Positions 1-8,750 of a DNA stretch of 20,393 nt are shown here, in pieces. How positions within the stretch are numbered: the first letter of the stretch is position 1; the number at the start of each line of letters is the position of its first letter. Below the pieces are notes generated by a model. That model did no database searches and had not been told where the DNA came from. It was given only the letters and a program-made list of their open reading frames with translations. The stretch lies in IMG/VR virus record IMGVR_UViG_2609459790_000003; one strand, written 5' to 3'. The position numbers and the translations under genes were made by a program. The stretch is from a virus. Its lineage: Duplodnaviria; Heunggongvirae; Uroviricota; Caudoviricetes.

Positions 1-825
1 CTATTTCTTCTCTGTAATTTTTACACTGTTTTCCAACTGCTTGATGCTGACCTGCGGGGTCGGCAACTCCTCAGGCATGGTTCCGCCAAGTTCCTGAATG
101 GTTTGCATCACCTTGCTACCCACGTCAAAGTGTGTGGTATTAGCTTGCTGTTTTGAATTCACGCCATCCCGCTTGAGTTTTTCTTCTGTTTGGGTAGCTC
201 GAAAGAGATTAGCCGCCAGTTCTGTTGAACCCATATGATCCAGGATCTTCTGATTCTTTTTCAGCCCCTTCCGCTGATGAATAGCTTTCTGATCTAATCC
301 ACCATACAGCCCCTGGTAACCATGATTCTGAAATATGGCGAAATCAGTAGCTGTCGCTACCCCAGCTTGCTGTGCTGCCTCAACCAATTGTTTGTTATGT
401 TCTTTCAACTCATTTCTCAGAAACAGACGCTTTTCGTCTTCACGAAGTTGCTTAAATGCTTCATCGTCAGCAAGCTCCTGCCGTCGGGTCTGGATAGCAA
501 AATAAGTCTGCCCTGCCGCAATGACCGGTTTCGCAGGGTCGCCGTTTTGTACTACCAGGTAACAGGCATAGCGGGAGAGTACGATGTCTTTTAATGCTCT
601 TTTGGCATTTGAGCCAATTTTGACCATATCGAGGATCTCCTCGAAATGGTCATCAATTGTGTGACCACTGTTCTCACAGGCTTCTTTGGCGCGCGTTAAT
701 ACAGGTATAAAGTGACGATACTCTGAATAACCCAGTAGTTTCCCAAGTTGTCTTGCTGACCATTGTTCTGCTCCGTTTGCATTAATCAGTTTTATCTCTT
801 CAAAAGGTTGATGATGTTCGTTCAT
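1..825 (-). CDS. dinD: DNA damage-inducible protein D (DinD)
   Basis: Translation (MNEHHQPFEEIKLINANGAEQW...ENSVKITEKK) recognised as E. coli DinD. The track ORF runs to 837 (MEWAM...), but the ATG at 823-825 has a GGAG Shine-Dalgarno 6 nt upstream and gives the 274-aa form. Stop codon at 1-3. Confidence 0.9.
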   Translation of the reverse strand: MNEHHQPFEEIKLINANGAEQWSARQLGKLLGYSEYRHFIPVLTRAKEACENSGHTIDDHFEEILDMVKIGSNAKRALKDIVLSRYACYLVVQNGDPAKPVIAAGQTYFAIQTRRQELADDEAFKQLREDEKRLFLRNELKEHNKQLVEAAQQAGVATATDFAIFQNHGYQGLYGGLDQKAIHQRKGLKKNQKILDHMGSTELAANLFRATQTEEKLKRDGVNSKQQANTTHFDVGSKVMQTIQELGGTMPEELPTPQVSIKQLENSVKITEKK

Positions 826-868
826 TGCCCACTCCATGTGATATCAATTGCAAAGAAAGTAAATCTGT

Positions 869-888
869 AACTGTATTTATATACAGTT
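869..888 (-). promoter_or_regulatory. LexA (SOS) box of the dinD promoter
   Basis: aaCTGTatttatatACAGtt, a CTGT-N8-ACAG palindrome whose reverse complement is AACTGTATATAAATACAGTT, about 44 bp upstream of the dinD start. Confidence 0.85.
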
Positions 889-1625
889 GTGAGTATCTCA
901 CGTTCTCAGTGTGCTGGGCAAAAAAACATCGCAAAATCTGGAGCAGGCACGAAAAACAGAATTGAAAGTTGCGGGGAAGAAAAATGCCGCTCTGTTTGAG
1001 TGGGCGGCATTTGTGAAGGCTGAAAAGTAAGAATTGGCGTTACGAGTTATTCAATATTGAATCTGTTTGTAGAGTGTTGGCTTCAATGCCGCATTGTAGA
1101 TGGTTTCTTTCTAATGCGGTTTTTGATTATGTACACCCTTATGTACATAGTTTTTTCTGGTGCTATCCGCGCAATTGAAGGTGTGGGCATAATTTTGCCT
1201 CTATTGTGATAATCACAATTCTTCTTGTGTTGTGCTCATCATCCAGTTCATCGAGTTTCTACCAAGAGCGTTTTGCGCGCTGGCTGAAGCTATTTTGGTT
1301 GCTTTGGCCTGAAGCCATTATCTACATCCCTCATGATTGAGGTGTGTAATCATGTTCAGGCTTGTTGTCCTGTGCGCGCGTATTGCTCGTGAAATTGCTG
1401 TACACAATTAAGCTCTGCGATATTAGGTTTTATAAGGTTCTCGTATCCTTGTGAGGCGGCAGAATCAGTAAATACCTGATATTTCCGCCAACGAAAAATT
1501 GCGTTGGCTGGCAGAGTGCAAATTTGCACGATGACCTAACCAATTGATTCTTTTGGAAACCTCAATTTGAGGAAGCCGGATAACACCATTTTTATAGCTC
1601 CGATCCCTTCAAAGTGAGGGGTAAT

Positions 1626-1661
1626 TTGCCAAAACAGAGAGAGCATTACTGTCTCTGGCAA
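1626..1661 (-). terminator. weak candidate intrinsic terminator overlapping the stop of the 95-aa ORF
   Basis: On the minus strand CAGAGA / UCUCUG form a 6-bp stem with an 11-nt loop, followed by UUUU; the stem is short. Confidence 0.25.
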
Positions 1662-1933
1662 TCTTTATCGCGATAACGCCTGAAGTACCCTCTCGCTTCC
1701 TCATCCATACCAAGAGCCGAATGAGTTCGCTTAACTGCCTGTCTTAAATCTCCGAATCTGTCTGTAGTTGCTGGTGGGCGTGCCGCCCTACGGATACATT
1801 CAGAGTGTCTGTTTGCTGCATGTTCACGTTCTTTATTGCCATCTGCCAGCGTCATGACTTCTGCCCATCGTGTGGCAGCTCTCCGGCATAGCCTTTTTGA
1901 CTCCAGCTCTTCAGCTTTCCTGTCACTTATCAT
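1646..1933 (-). CDS. hypothetical basic 95-aa protein
   Basis: ATG start with GAGAGG about 7 nt upstream; Arg/Glu-rich helical composition; lies 36 bp from iteron array A. No recognisable domain. Confidence 0.45.
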   Translation of the reverse strand: MISDRKAEELESKRLCRRAATRWAEVMTLADGNKEREHAANRHSECIRRAARPPATTDRFGDLRQAVKRTHSALGMDEEARGYFRRYRDKDCQRQ

Positions 1934-1968
1934 TTCTGCCTCTCAGACTATATAGATAAGCAAAAAGG

Positions 1969-2090
1969 TGTTGGTTCAGTTGGTTCAGTTGGTTCAATTT
2001 GTAAAGAGTATTGTTTTTAAAAGGATTATTCGCAAAAAGTGAACCAACACACCCCATTTTTGAACCAACAAAAAGAGGCCGTGAACCAAC
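1969..2090. repeat. iteron array A: six copies of the 9-mer GTTGGTTCA / TGAACCAAC
   Basis: Three tandem GTTGGTTCA at 1970-1996, an AT-rich spacer, then three TGAACCAAC at 2040, 2061 and 2082 (21-bp phasing). Positions 1969-2017 are a perfect reverse complement of 10572-10620. Confidence 0.85.
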
Positions 2091-2164
2091 ACGCCGTTTA
2101 AAAACCGCTAATTATGAGGGACATCCACCAACACAGGGCTTGTCTAGTGCTAGTTAGGTGCTGC

Positions 2165-2383
2165 TCACCGCGCACGGAGCGGCGCTGGTTTGCTCCAGCG
2201 ATATGCGGGGCTGGTCATCATTTCGCGGTACCGCCTGGCTATTACAGGGCCCTCTGCCAGCTGGCGCCTTAATTCCCGCAGTTCTGCCGGGCTGAGCTGG
2301 TAGCCGTCATGCTCCAGCTTGGCAATGGTCAGCAGCTCGATTTCTCGTGGTGTCATGGATTCCCCTCTGATGGTGATCGGCAT
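2165..2383 (-). CDS. hypothetical small protein
   Basis: Track ORF of 72 aa; the internal ATG at 2354-2356 (MTPREIELL..., 63 aa) has a GAGGGG Shine-Dalgarno and is the more likely start. Divergent from the AlpA-like gene at 2609. Confidence 0.4.
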   Translation of the reverse strand: MPITIRGESMTPREIELLTIAKLEHDGYQLSPAELRELRRQLAEGPVIARRYREMMTSPAYRWSKPAPLRAR

Positions 2384-2524
2384 TATATTGCCAGCCAGGG
2401 TGATTCTTCACTGGCCGGAGCCGTTGTGCGTGAAGTCTATGCGTGAACTCCATATGCTATGTGTTAAGTTACAGCTCAAAATGTCCTGTTCCGGTGGTAA
2501 CTTTTTTGGTAAACAGCGTTTTGG

Positions 2525-2559
2525 TGGATACCAACATGGATACCTCGCTTTTGGATACC
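2525..2559 (+). promoter_or_regulatory. three direct repeats of TGGATACC upstream of the AlpA-like gene
   Basis: TGGATACC at 2525, 2537 and 2552, 50-85 bp upstream of the ATG at 2609; candidate regulator or recombinase binding sites in a divergent promoter region. Confidence 0.3.
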
Positions 2560-2608
2560 GCACAAAGCCAGATTGTCACTATGCTTAATCTAAAGCAGAG
2601 GAGCCTCT

Positions 2609-2794
2609 ATGCGCCTTATCAAATTAAGCGAAGTCATGCTCAGAACGGGCTTCAAGAAAACGGCAATCTACTCATGGGTTAAGACGGGCACGTTTCCACA
2701 GCCAGTTAAAATTGGTAGATCAGCTAGATGGTCGCTTGAGGAGGTTGAAGCTTGGATCCAGAACAAACTTGATTCGCGGGCTGGCAACCAATGA
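2609..2794 (+). CDS. AlpA-family (excisionase-like HTH) regulator
   Basis: MRLIKLSEVMLRTGFKKTAIYSWVKTGTFPQPVKIGRSARWSLEEVEAWIQ matches the AlpA/Vis HTH pattern; AGGAG Shine-Dalgarno 7 nt upstream. Confidence 0.8.
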   Translation: MRLIKLSEVMLRTGFKKTAIYSWVKTGTFPQPVKIGRSARWSLEEVEAWIQNKLDSRAGNQ

Positions 2795-3383
2795 TTAGCT
2801 TTAATATCGAGTGGTGGATAGTCCATGGACAAGCTGATGGGCGCACTCGACGAAAACGATGCGCCAGGCGGACTGTGTCGCTCATAAACCGGGAGTTGGC
2901 CAGAGGACTTAGTTGTCCTTTGCAATTCTGCAGGTTCGCACGTGAAAGTAGCCAAAACCCTGCGAACCTGAGTGCAAACCTGCAACTGCGAACCACTGAG
3001 GTGGCCTCTCATAGCTGGTGGTCATACTGGATATTAATCAGGCCTGCCACAGGCATAACAATCCATAACAGACGCATCGCACTAACAATTACTAATAGGT
3101 CCGCTCGCAACACTAATTTTGACTAAGCCTGAACGCAATGCTCAGAAAGAACGAAGAATGGAATGAATCGTACCAGCATGTTGCTCCATGATTTTTACGT
3201 TCAAGACAGTTGCTTAATCTCGCCTCGCAATTCAGCCCCCTTGCCGCGATCTTGCCGTTATCGAGAAGTCTTTCTCCTTTCGGTTAATGCTATCGGTCTT
3301 CATATTACCAGCAGCATACGCCATCCGATTATTTCGATGCTACGCGCGCGTACTTGTCGCAAAATACCAGGCAAAGGCCAGAT

Positions 3384-3698
3384 TCAGAACGTCGTGATAA
3401 CCACCAGCACAACATGAGAGGTCATGTAACGCGATTTATCACACCAGATACATGTATTGGTGTACCCGCATAAAACATCGTCATAGCGCGTCCTGTGCGC
3501 ATATACGCCGATAATCAACACATCACCACCACTCTGTCTCATGTAGAGAACAGTTTTATGGTATCCCCCCGCCATCGTGTGCATACTGGTCGGACGTAGT
3601 TGCAAAATTTTTTGCAACTGATACCCCTCGCGCGCGTACTGGTCACGAAATTGGTGTTTTGCTGTGGCAGTGATATCAGAAAAATCTTCCTGTTTCAC
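3384..3698 (-). CDS. possible RelE/ParE-fold toxin-like ORF, probably degenerate
   Basis: The core GYHKTVLYMRQSGGDVLIIGVYAHRTRY resembles the RelE/ParE C-terminal motif. The ORF starts with GTG, has no Shine-Dalgarno, has no partner antitoxin ORF, and carries a 27-aa C-terminal extension. Confidence 0.3.
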   Translation of the reverse strand: MKQEDFSDITATAKHQFRDQYAREGYQLQKILQLRPTSMHTMAGGYHKTVLYMRQSGGDVLIIGVYAHRTRYDDVLCGYTNTCIWCDKSRYMTSHVVLVVITTF

Positions 3699-3825
3699 AT
3701 AAAGCGGATATGCGCGTACTGTAACGGCCCCATCAACTGGGAGCGGATTTGAAATCCCGCCCCGAATGTGTAGGCAATGTCACTTAACGTTTGTCGCATA
3801 CCTTCCAGAAAAAGCGATTCATGAA

Positions 3826-3857
3826 TAATAGGGGCATGAATGCCCGGCGTACCGGGC
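3826..3857 (-). terminator. candidate terminator downstream of the lipoprotein gene
   Basis: Overlapping short GC hairpins GGGCA-TGAA-TGCCC and CCCGG-CGTA-CCGGG just 3' of the lipoprotein stop on the minus strand, followed by a U-rich tract. Confidence 0.3.
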
Positions 3858-3864
3858 TTATTAG

Positions 3865-4563
3865 TTAATTTGGTGCTTTAGGGTCAACATTAAAAGTTAT
3901 ATCACCTTCTGTATTTTTCCCGGCATAGCTAGCGGCTATTCTCGCCAACCCTTTGTAATCAGCAATTCCATCAGACTGTTGCGAGACGACTGAGCTACCA
4001 ACTTTCCATAACATATTAATCTGCCTATTATTGAGATAAGCCTTGGCATCAAACGACTGGAGTATCACCCCTGCGCCGTAGAACGTGTCCGTCACAGTTG
4101 TGTTATACGCGCCAGTAATTCCATAAGTAGGCGTATAAACTGTTGTTGCCGTTCCAGTGGTATTAGCTGTACCGTAGCCACCACCATAACTATTGAACGT
4201 GGTGTTCGAGTTTCCGTACGTTGTTGCTGAGCTCACACCAGTTTGCCCGTATATTGGGATGGTTACATTACGAGTATTTGAAATGGCCCCGCTTCTCAAA
4301 AAGTTCAAGAGAATTACCTGGTCAGCCAATTTTTCATCTTTAACTTGTATATATCCTTGGCTTGATAAACTGGCGGCTACTACCGTAGCTATTTGAGTGT
4401 ATTCAATCTGTTTGGTGTTCCAAAGTTCTTGGCTTGCGGGGATGATCAAGAACTTCTTACCGACAGATTGCCCGGAGGATAAAGCATTGACCGTTACTAA
4501 CGGTTTTTGTACGCATCCAGCCAATAATGACAGGGATAATATTAAAAGAAGATTTTTAATCAT
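3865..4563 (-). CDS. lipoprotein, Thr/Gly/Tyr-rich (232 aa)
   Basis: Signal peptide with lipobox LLAGC; AGGTGA Shine-Dalgarno 7 nt upstream of the ATG; low-complexity G/T/Y/N repeats; gene is about 42% GC, lower than its neighbours. Confidence 0.85.
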   Translation of the reverse strand: MIKNLLLILSLSLLAGCVQKPLVTVNALSSGQSVGKKFLIIPASQELWNTKQIEYTQIATVVAASLSSQGYIQVKDEKLADQVILLNFLRSGAISNTRNVTIPIYGQTGVSSATTYGNSNTTFNSYGGGYGTANTTGTATTVYTPTYGITGAYNTTVTDTFYGAGVILQSFDAKAYLNNRQINMLWKVGSSVVSQQSDGIADYKGLARIAASYAGKNTEGDITFNVDPKAPN

Positions 4564-4713
4564 GACAATCTCACCTAAGAATTGCGTGGTTATAAATTAT
4601 CATCACTGTAAGCGAATGTAAGCCACAGGCTCGTAATGTGATATGGAATTTTTATAGTTGGCTCAATATCAGTATGCCGTCCTTGGCTATTATGGTTTTG
4701 TTAGTTAGAGCGT

Positions 4714-7440
4714 CTATTCCCATTCGCTAACATCTTTCATGCCACTGAGGGTAGCTACAATCCCGGCCCTTGTCAGTTTCACGAATTCTTCAGCCCCAAC
4801 GGCATCACGAATTGCTTTCATGGCAATTTTATTGGCCGAAAATCGTTTCTCTGCTGCGGCGATCGCTGCTGGTGATGCCCCTGCGCGCACTGCTTTTGTA
4901 GCTTCCTGAACGGCTTTCTCTATCGCATATCGACCACTTCTTGTCGCCCCAATCTTAGCCACAGTATTTCTCAGTGCGCCACCAGCAACCAAACCACTAA
5001 TCGAACCAATTACACCACCGCCAAAGCCTCCAGCGATCGCACCTGACTGTTGAACTCCGTTCATAATCACACCGACGATCTTTGGAAGGCCTGAATCGAG
5101 CGTTTTGAGAGCCTCAGTTGTTCTTCCCGTGCGCTCTACGTATCGCTGCGGTCTGGTGCTGGCTTTAGCGAGTACACCGAACTCTTTCATCATTCTACCG
5201 AGATCTGGCGCATGACGACTGATGGCGTTTACATTCTGCTGGGTCATGAGCTTGGCAAAATACTGGATACCAGACTCTTCACCGATTCCTCCCTTCTCTC
5301 CCTGCGCCACAGCATGCTGAAGAATAGATGCTATTGCTGGTTGGCGTTCTGCTTCCGGCAGCGCGGAGATAAGGCGGTGAAAAGCTCCCGTTCCAGTATT
5401 TGCGGATGCCTTAAGCGTATCGGCACCTTTTCTTACCATAGCGTCTGATGCGAGATCTCGACCAAAAACAGATTCGGCATTTTGTTTGGCGATAATGTAA
5501 CTTTTAGAGAGATCGTTAGCTTTCTGCCATTCTGTGAGGAAGTTTCCTTTTTCAGCCATGATGCGCATGTCATCAGTGATAGCTCTGCGCATTTCTCCGG
5601 CAATCCGGGCGGCATTGGCCTTACCTGCCCGGGTGTTTGCTTGTTCAGCATCAGCAAACTTAGCACGCCATGCCTTCATCCCGTCGAAGGTTATGCCGCC
5701 ACCTTGGTTGTTGGCAGCCTGAAACTGTTTCATCTCCGGGCTGAGTGGAACATTGGCTGCTTTTTCTGCTTGGACGACAGCCATCCCATTACTCATTTTC
5801 ATCCTTTCGCGTGGCATCGTGCTTCGCAGTTCTGCCCATGCCATATTCTCTGCTGTTTTCATATCACTGAGGCTCGCGATGATGCGCTCTTTAATTGCTG
5901 CGCTTTTTTCTGATGCGCTTCCAGACTCAGCACCGAAATCAGACAACTGCTTATTCAACTTTGAGGATATTTCATTGAAGGCCGTAAGGTGAGCATCCTG
6001 AACATTCCCAGGAGTTGATGCCAGAACACCTTCTGCTTGGGCAATTCCACGACTACCTGAGCGCATTCCAGGCGTCAGGGTGTTGATATTAATACCAGTG
6101 ATTTTCGCCGCCTTAGCGACATCATCTCTGACGTTTGATGCCTGCGATGCGATATGCTCTCGGCCTACGGCAGAACGCGCTGCTTTCGATACATCATTGG
6201 CGGTTTCCAGAGTATTTGCTGCCCCTAACACATGGCCTGATTGATTTGTATTACTCCGCAATACATCTCGCATTACGTCACTGGCTGTCTGTCCGCTCTT
6301 TATTAAAGCGCGTGCTCCTAGCGATCCTGCTAGGCCAATACCTGTCTCTTTTGCTAGGTCTTCTGGGCTGATCTGCCCGTTCTTTTGGGCGTTCACCAAT
6401 GTACCTGGCAGGTTTTCTGCCAACATACTAGCCACCTTTGTGGCCGCACGTTCAGCACGTGGAGCGTTGGCAACTGAAGAAGCTGCGGTAGCTGCCTTTC
6501 CTGCACCTAATCCTGTAATAAGGTAAGGTGCTAGCTGCTCACCAGCCTGCGCGTATGGATCTGTAGGTTGGTCTACTGGGCGAAAGACAGGTGATATGGG
6601 CGTGTATGTGCCATCACCCACACCAAGCTTCTGAGCTGCCCATGCTCCGGCTGATTGCGCCGCATTGACTACCCCCACGCCTGCGTCCATTACATCAAAC
6701 GGTATATTAGCAATCCCTCTGGCCATCTGCTCTGGCGCAGCTTTCAGTCCTGGCGAAAGATATTCCATCTCAGGATTAAGGTTAGACTTGGCTACTTGCT
6801 GCTGCGGTTCCCCGGCATTTTCATCGGCGAGAAACTGAGCTCTTTTCTGCTCCCATGAACTGGCTGTTGGTAGTCCTGCTTCTATGTTCTTAAATTGCTG
6901 ACGTTTTGCTTCCCATGCAGAAATATCTCCCACCTGAGAGATTTCTTTATCAAGCTCTGAGTAGTCAGGCTGCTGAAGATTGCGATGTTGACTGGTTTGT
7001 GCAAACTGCAAGATTTCACTGTCATCAGGGATTATTCCGGCATCTGCAAATTTACTTACGTAATTAGCCGTTTCATCTGGCAGTGTAGATTTACCGTTTC
7101 TGACGGCATTAATACGAGCATAGCCAGAATTATACCCAGCCAATGCCATACCTATATCACCAAATCGCTTCATTCCTTTATTGAGATGGTTTGCTGCGAT
7201 ATCCATTTGCTTTTCAAATGGCAGTGAGCGCGGATCAGTTCCACGATAACCAGCATCACTCATTACTGAGGGCATCAGTTGAGCAAATCCTCTAGCTCCT
7301 TTCGGTGACTCGGCACTTCCGTTACCACTAGATTCATTGCCAACTAATGTTTCCATCGTCCCTGATGGGAAACCATATTTTTCATCGAGATGACGGGAAT
7401 AGGCTTTCTGTTTTTCTGTCAGTTGTGCCATCATTGCCAT
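4714..7440 (-). CDS. 908-aa protein with N-terminal lytic transglycosylase (SLT) domain and long Ala/Gly/Gln-rich body
   Basis: N-terminus carries SLT motifs (ESSGN catalytic Glu-Ser, GFAQLMP, AGYNSGYARI). The remainder is helical and low-complexity with a Gly/Ala-rich C-terminus. Its start is adjacent to the stop of the upstream gene. Confidence 0.9.
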   Translation of the reverse strand: MAMMAQLTEKQKAYSRHLDEKYGFPSGTMETLVGNESSGNGSAESPKGARGFAQLMPSVMSDAGYRGTDPRSLPFEKQMDIAANHLNKGMKRFGDIGMALAGYNSGYARINAVRNGKSTLPDETANYVSKFADAGIIPDDSEILQFAQTSQHRNLQQPDYSELDKEISQVGDISAWEAKRQQFKNIEAGLPTASSWEQKRAQFLADENAGEPQQQVAKSNLNPEMEYLSPGLKAAPEQMARGIANIPFDVMDAGVGVVNAAQSAGAWAAQKLGVGDGTYTPISPVFRPVDQPTDPYAQAGEQLAPYLITGLGAGKAATAASSVANAPRAERAATKVASMLAENLPGTLVNAQKNGQISPEDLAKETGIGLAGSLGARALIKSGQTASDVMRDVLRSNTNQSGHVLGAANTLETANDVSKAARSAVGREHIASQASNVRDDVAKAAKITGININTLTPGMRSGSRGIAQAEGVLASTPGNVQDAHLTAFNEISSKLNKQLSDFGAESGSASEKSAAIKERIIASLSDMKTAENMAWAELRSTMPRERMKMSNGMAVVQAEKAANVPLSPEMKQFQAANNQGGGITFDGMKAWRAKFADAEQANTRAGKANAARIAGEMRRAITDDMRIMAEKGNFLTEWQKANDLSKSYIIAKQNAESVFGRDLASDAMVRKGADTLKASANTGTGAFHRLISALPEAERQPAIASILQHAVAQGEKGGIGEESGIQYFAKLMTQQNVNAISRHAPDLGRMMKEFGVLAKASTRPQRYVERTGRTTEALKTLDSGLPKIVGVIMNGVQQSGAIAGGFGGGVIGSISGLVAGGALRNTVAKIGATRSGRYAIEKAVQEATKAVRAGASPAAIAAAEKRFSANKIAMKAIRDAVGAEEFVKLTRAGIVATLSGMKDVSEWE

Positions 7441-8750
7441 CCCTTAAGTTTTGCCTGATAGTAACTTTCCGGCAGATAGCCATGTGCGGTCACATAATCC
7501 TTAACCAGTGAAGGATCCTGCAACAGCATTTTGGTATCAGTTTCTTCGTCCTTTGATTTGGTTACAGGAATACCGAGCCCGGCAATCTGTCGTTTCTGCA
7601 TTCGAATAATTACGTCCTGCGCTTTATTCAACTCTCGCAAAAATGCCTCATTGCTGGTTGCTGACTTAATGCCATTTTGAGATTGCATAAGGGCAGCCCT
7701 TTCCCCTTCGGTTGGGTTAGAGCCAAAAGTCCCTTTGAGGCTAGGCAGAATAACCTTTAGGTTGTATTCATCAGCTTTGGCGCGTAGGCTTCGTGTGTCT
7801 TCTGCTACATCAGGAAGGAATCCAAACCCCAGCGTCAGGGGGTTATAGTTCTGCGAGCGGGTAACGGCCGAAGGATGTTTCCCTACAATTCCCGCCAGTT
7901 CATGACCCACTTCAAGCGCAGAGTTCAAGGAGTCGATGTTACCTGTAACAGTATTAATTTTATCGTTCATCTTCTCCACTTTCGCCTGCTGTACCTTGCT
8001 CAGTTCAGCATTGAGCTTGTCTCTCTCGATGTCATTTTGAGCACGTCCAAGTCGTGCTTTCAGAACCATTTCTCTCGTGCGTAGTTGGTTATCGGATAGG
8101 ACTTTGAACTGCTCCATATCGAGACGCCGATTACCCTGTTCCGCATTAACCTGAGCATTATATGCAGATGTATCTGCGTTCTGCTGTGCAATGCTCTGCC
8201 CTTGCTGCTTCTCTTGAACACTAAAGTAACTATTTGGATCAGCATGGAGGTGGATGAGGTCAGTGATTCTGTTGAATTCCTGTGGGTCATTCTGCCAAGA
8301 CTGATAAACCTCTTCAGCAGGAAGACCAAATCGCTGTAATACTGGATTTGCCTGCTGAATGGCCTTCTGCATGGTCAGTGGATCTCCAGTTTGTGACGCA
8401 AGACGCAGATTCATGGCAGCGTCAGCGGTCTGTCGATTTTGCTCAGCATCAATGAATCCCATCTGTTTTTGAGAATCAGCCATAAACTGGGGATACTGGG
8501 CCATTAACTTCTGCACGCCAACACGATCATTATTAGCTACCGCACTACCCAACCGTGCCTGATATTCTTTTAGCTGCTGGGAAATTTGCGCCTGCTGATT
8601 AATCTCAGCAACGCCTCTTAGCCCCTGTAGCGCCATTAAACCTACGTTTGGCTGCTGCTGATACTGCACAGGCTGAGGAACGGAAGAACGAGGAGCATTA
8701 TCATTTTGCGGTGCCATGCTAGGCAGCCCGCCAAGTTGCCATGTCGTCAT
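7431..8750 (-). CDS. 439-aa Gln-rich coiled-coil protein
   Basis: ATG at 8748-8750 overlaps the upstream stop (TAATG); Q-rich helical composition; no catalytic motif seen. Confidence 0.85.
   Translation of the reverse strand: MTTWQLGGLPSMAPQNDNAPRSSVPQPVQYQQQPNVGLMALQGLRGVAEINQQAQISQQLKEYQARLGSAVANNDRVGVQKLMAQYPQFMADSQKQMGFIDAEQNRQTADAAMNLRLASQTGDPLTMQKAIQQANPVLQRFGLPAEEVYQSWQNDPQEFNRITDLIHLHADPNSYFSVQEKQQGQSIAQQNADTSAYNAQVNAEQGNRRLDMEQFKVLSDNQLRTREMVLKARLGRAQNDIERDKLNAELSKVQQAKVEKMNDKINTVTGNIDSLNSALEVGHELAGIVGKHPSAVTRSQNYNPLTLGFGFLPDVAEDTRSLRAKADEYNLKVILPSLKGTFGSNPTEGERAALMQSQNGIKSATSNEAFLRELNKAQDVIIRMQKRQIAGLGIPVTKSKDEETDTKMLLQDPSLVKDYVTAHGYLPESYYQAKLKGWQ

Noticed and set aside
1203-1219. 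ATTGTGATAATCACAAT resembling a CRP site
   Set aside because: The TGTGA/TCACA half-sites are separated by 3 bp, not the 6 bp of a CRP site; kept only as a generic palindrome.
1352-1411. 19-codon ORF (MFRLVVLCARIAREIAVHN) with a GAGGTG ribosome-binding site
   Set aside because: Too short to support from sequence alone; could be a leader peptide but there is no conserved context to test it against.
2791-3126. 111-aa plus-strand ORF whose ATG overlaps the AlpA-like stop codon (ATGA)
   Set aside because: The translation is Arg/Trp/Cys-rich and not protein-like despite the coupled start; more likely a decayed gene than a functional CDS.
3598-3619. 22-bp AT-rich palindrome AGTTGCAAAATTTTTTGCAACT
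   Set aside because: It lies inside the RelE-like ORF and simply encodes QLQKILQL; no independent evidence for an operator.
5482-5913. Plus-strand ORFs (143 aa here, and others at 5212-5448, 5534-5722, 5753-5992, 6135-6371) inside the 908-aa gene
   Set aside because: Antisense to a long gene with clear domain content; compositions are Cys/Phe/Leu-rich and there are no ribosome-binding sites.
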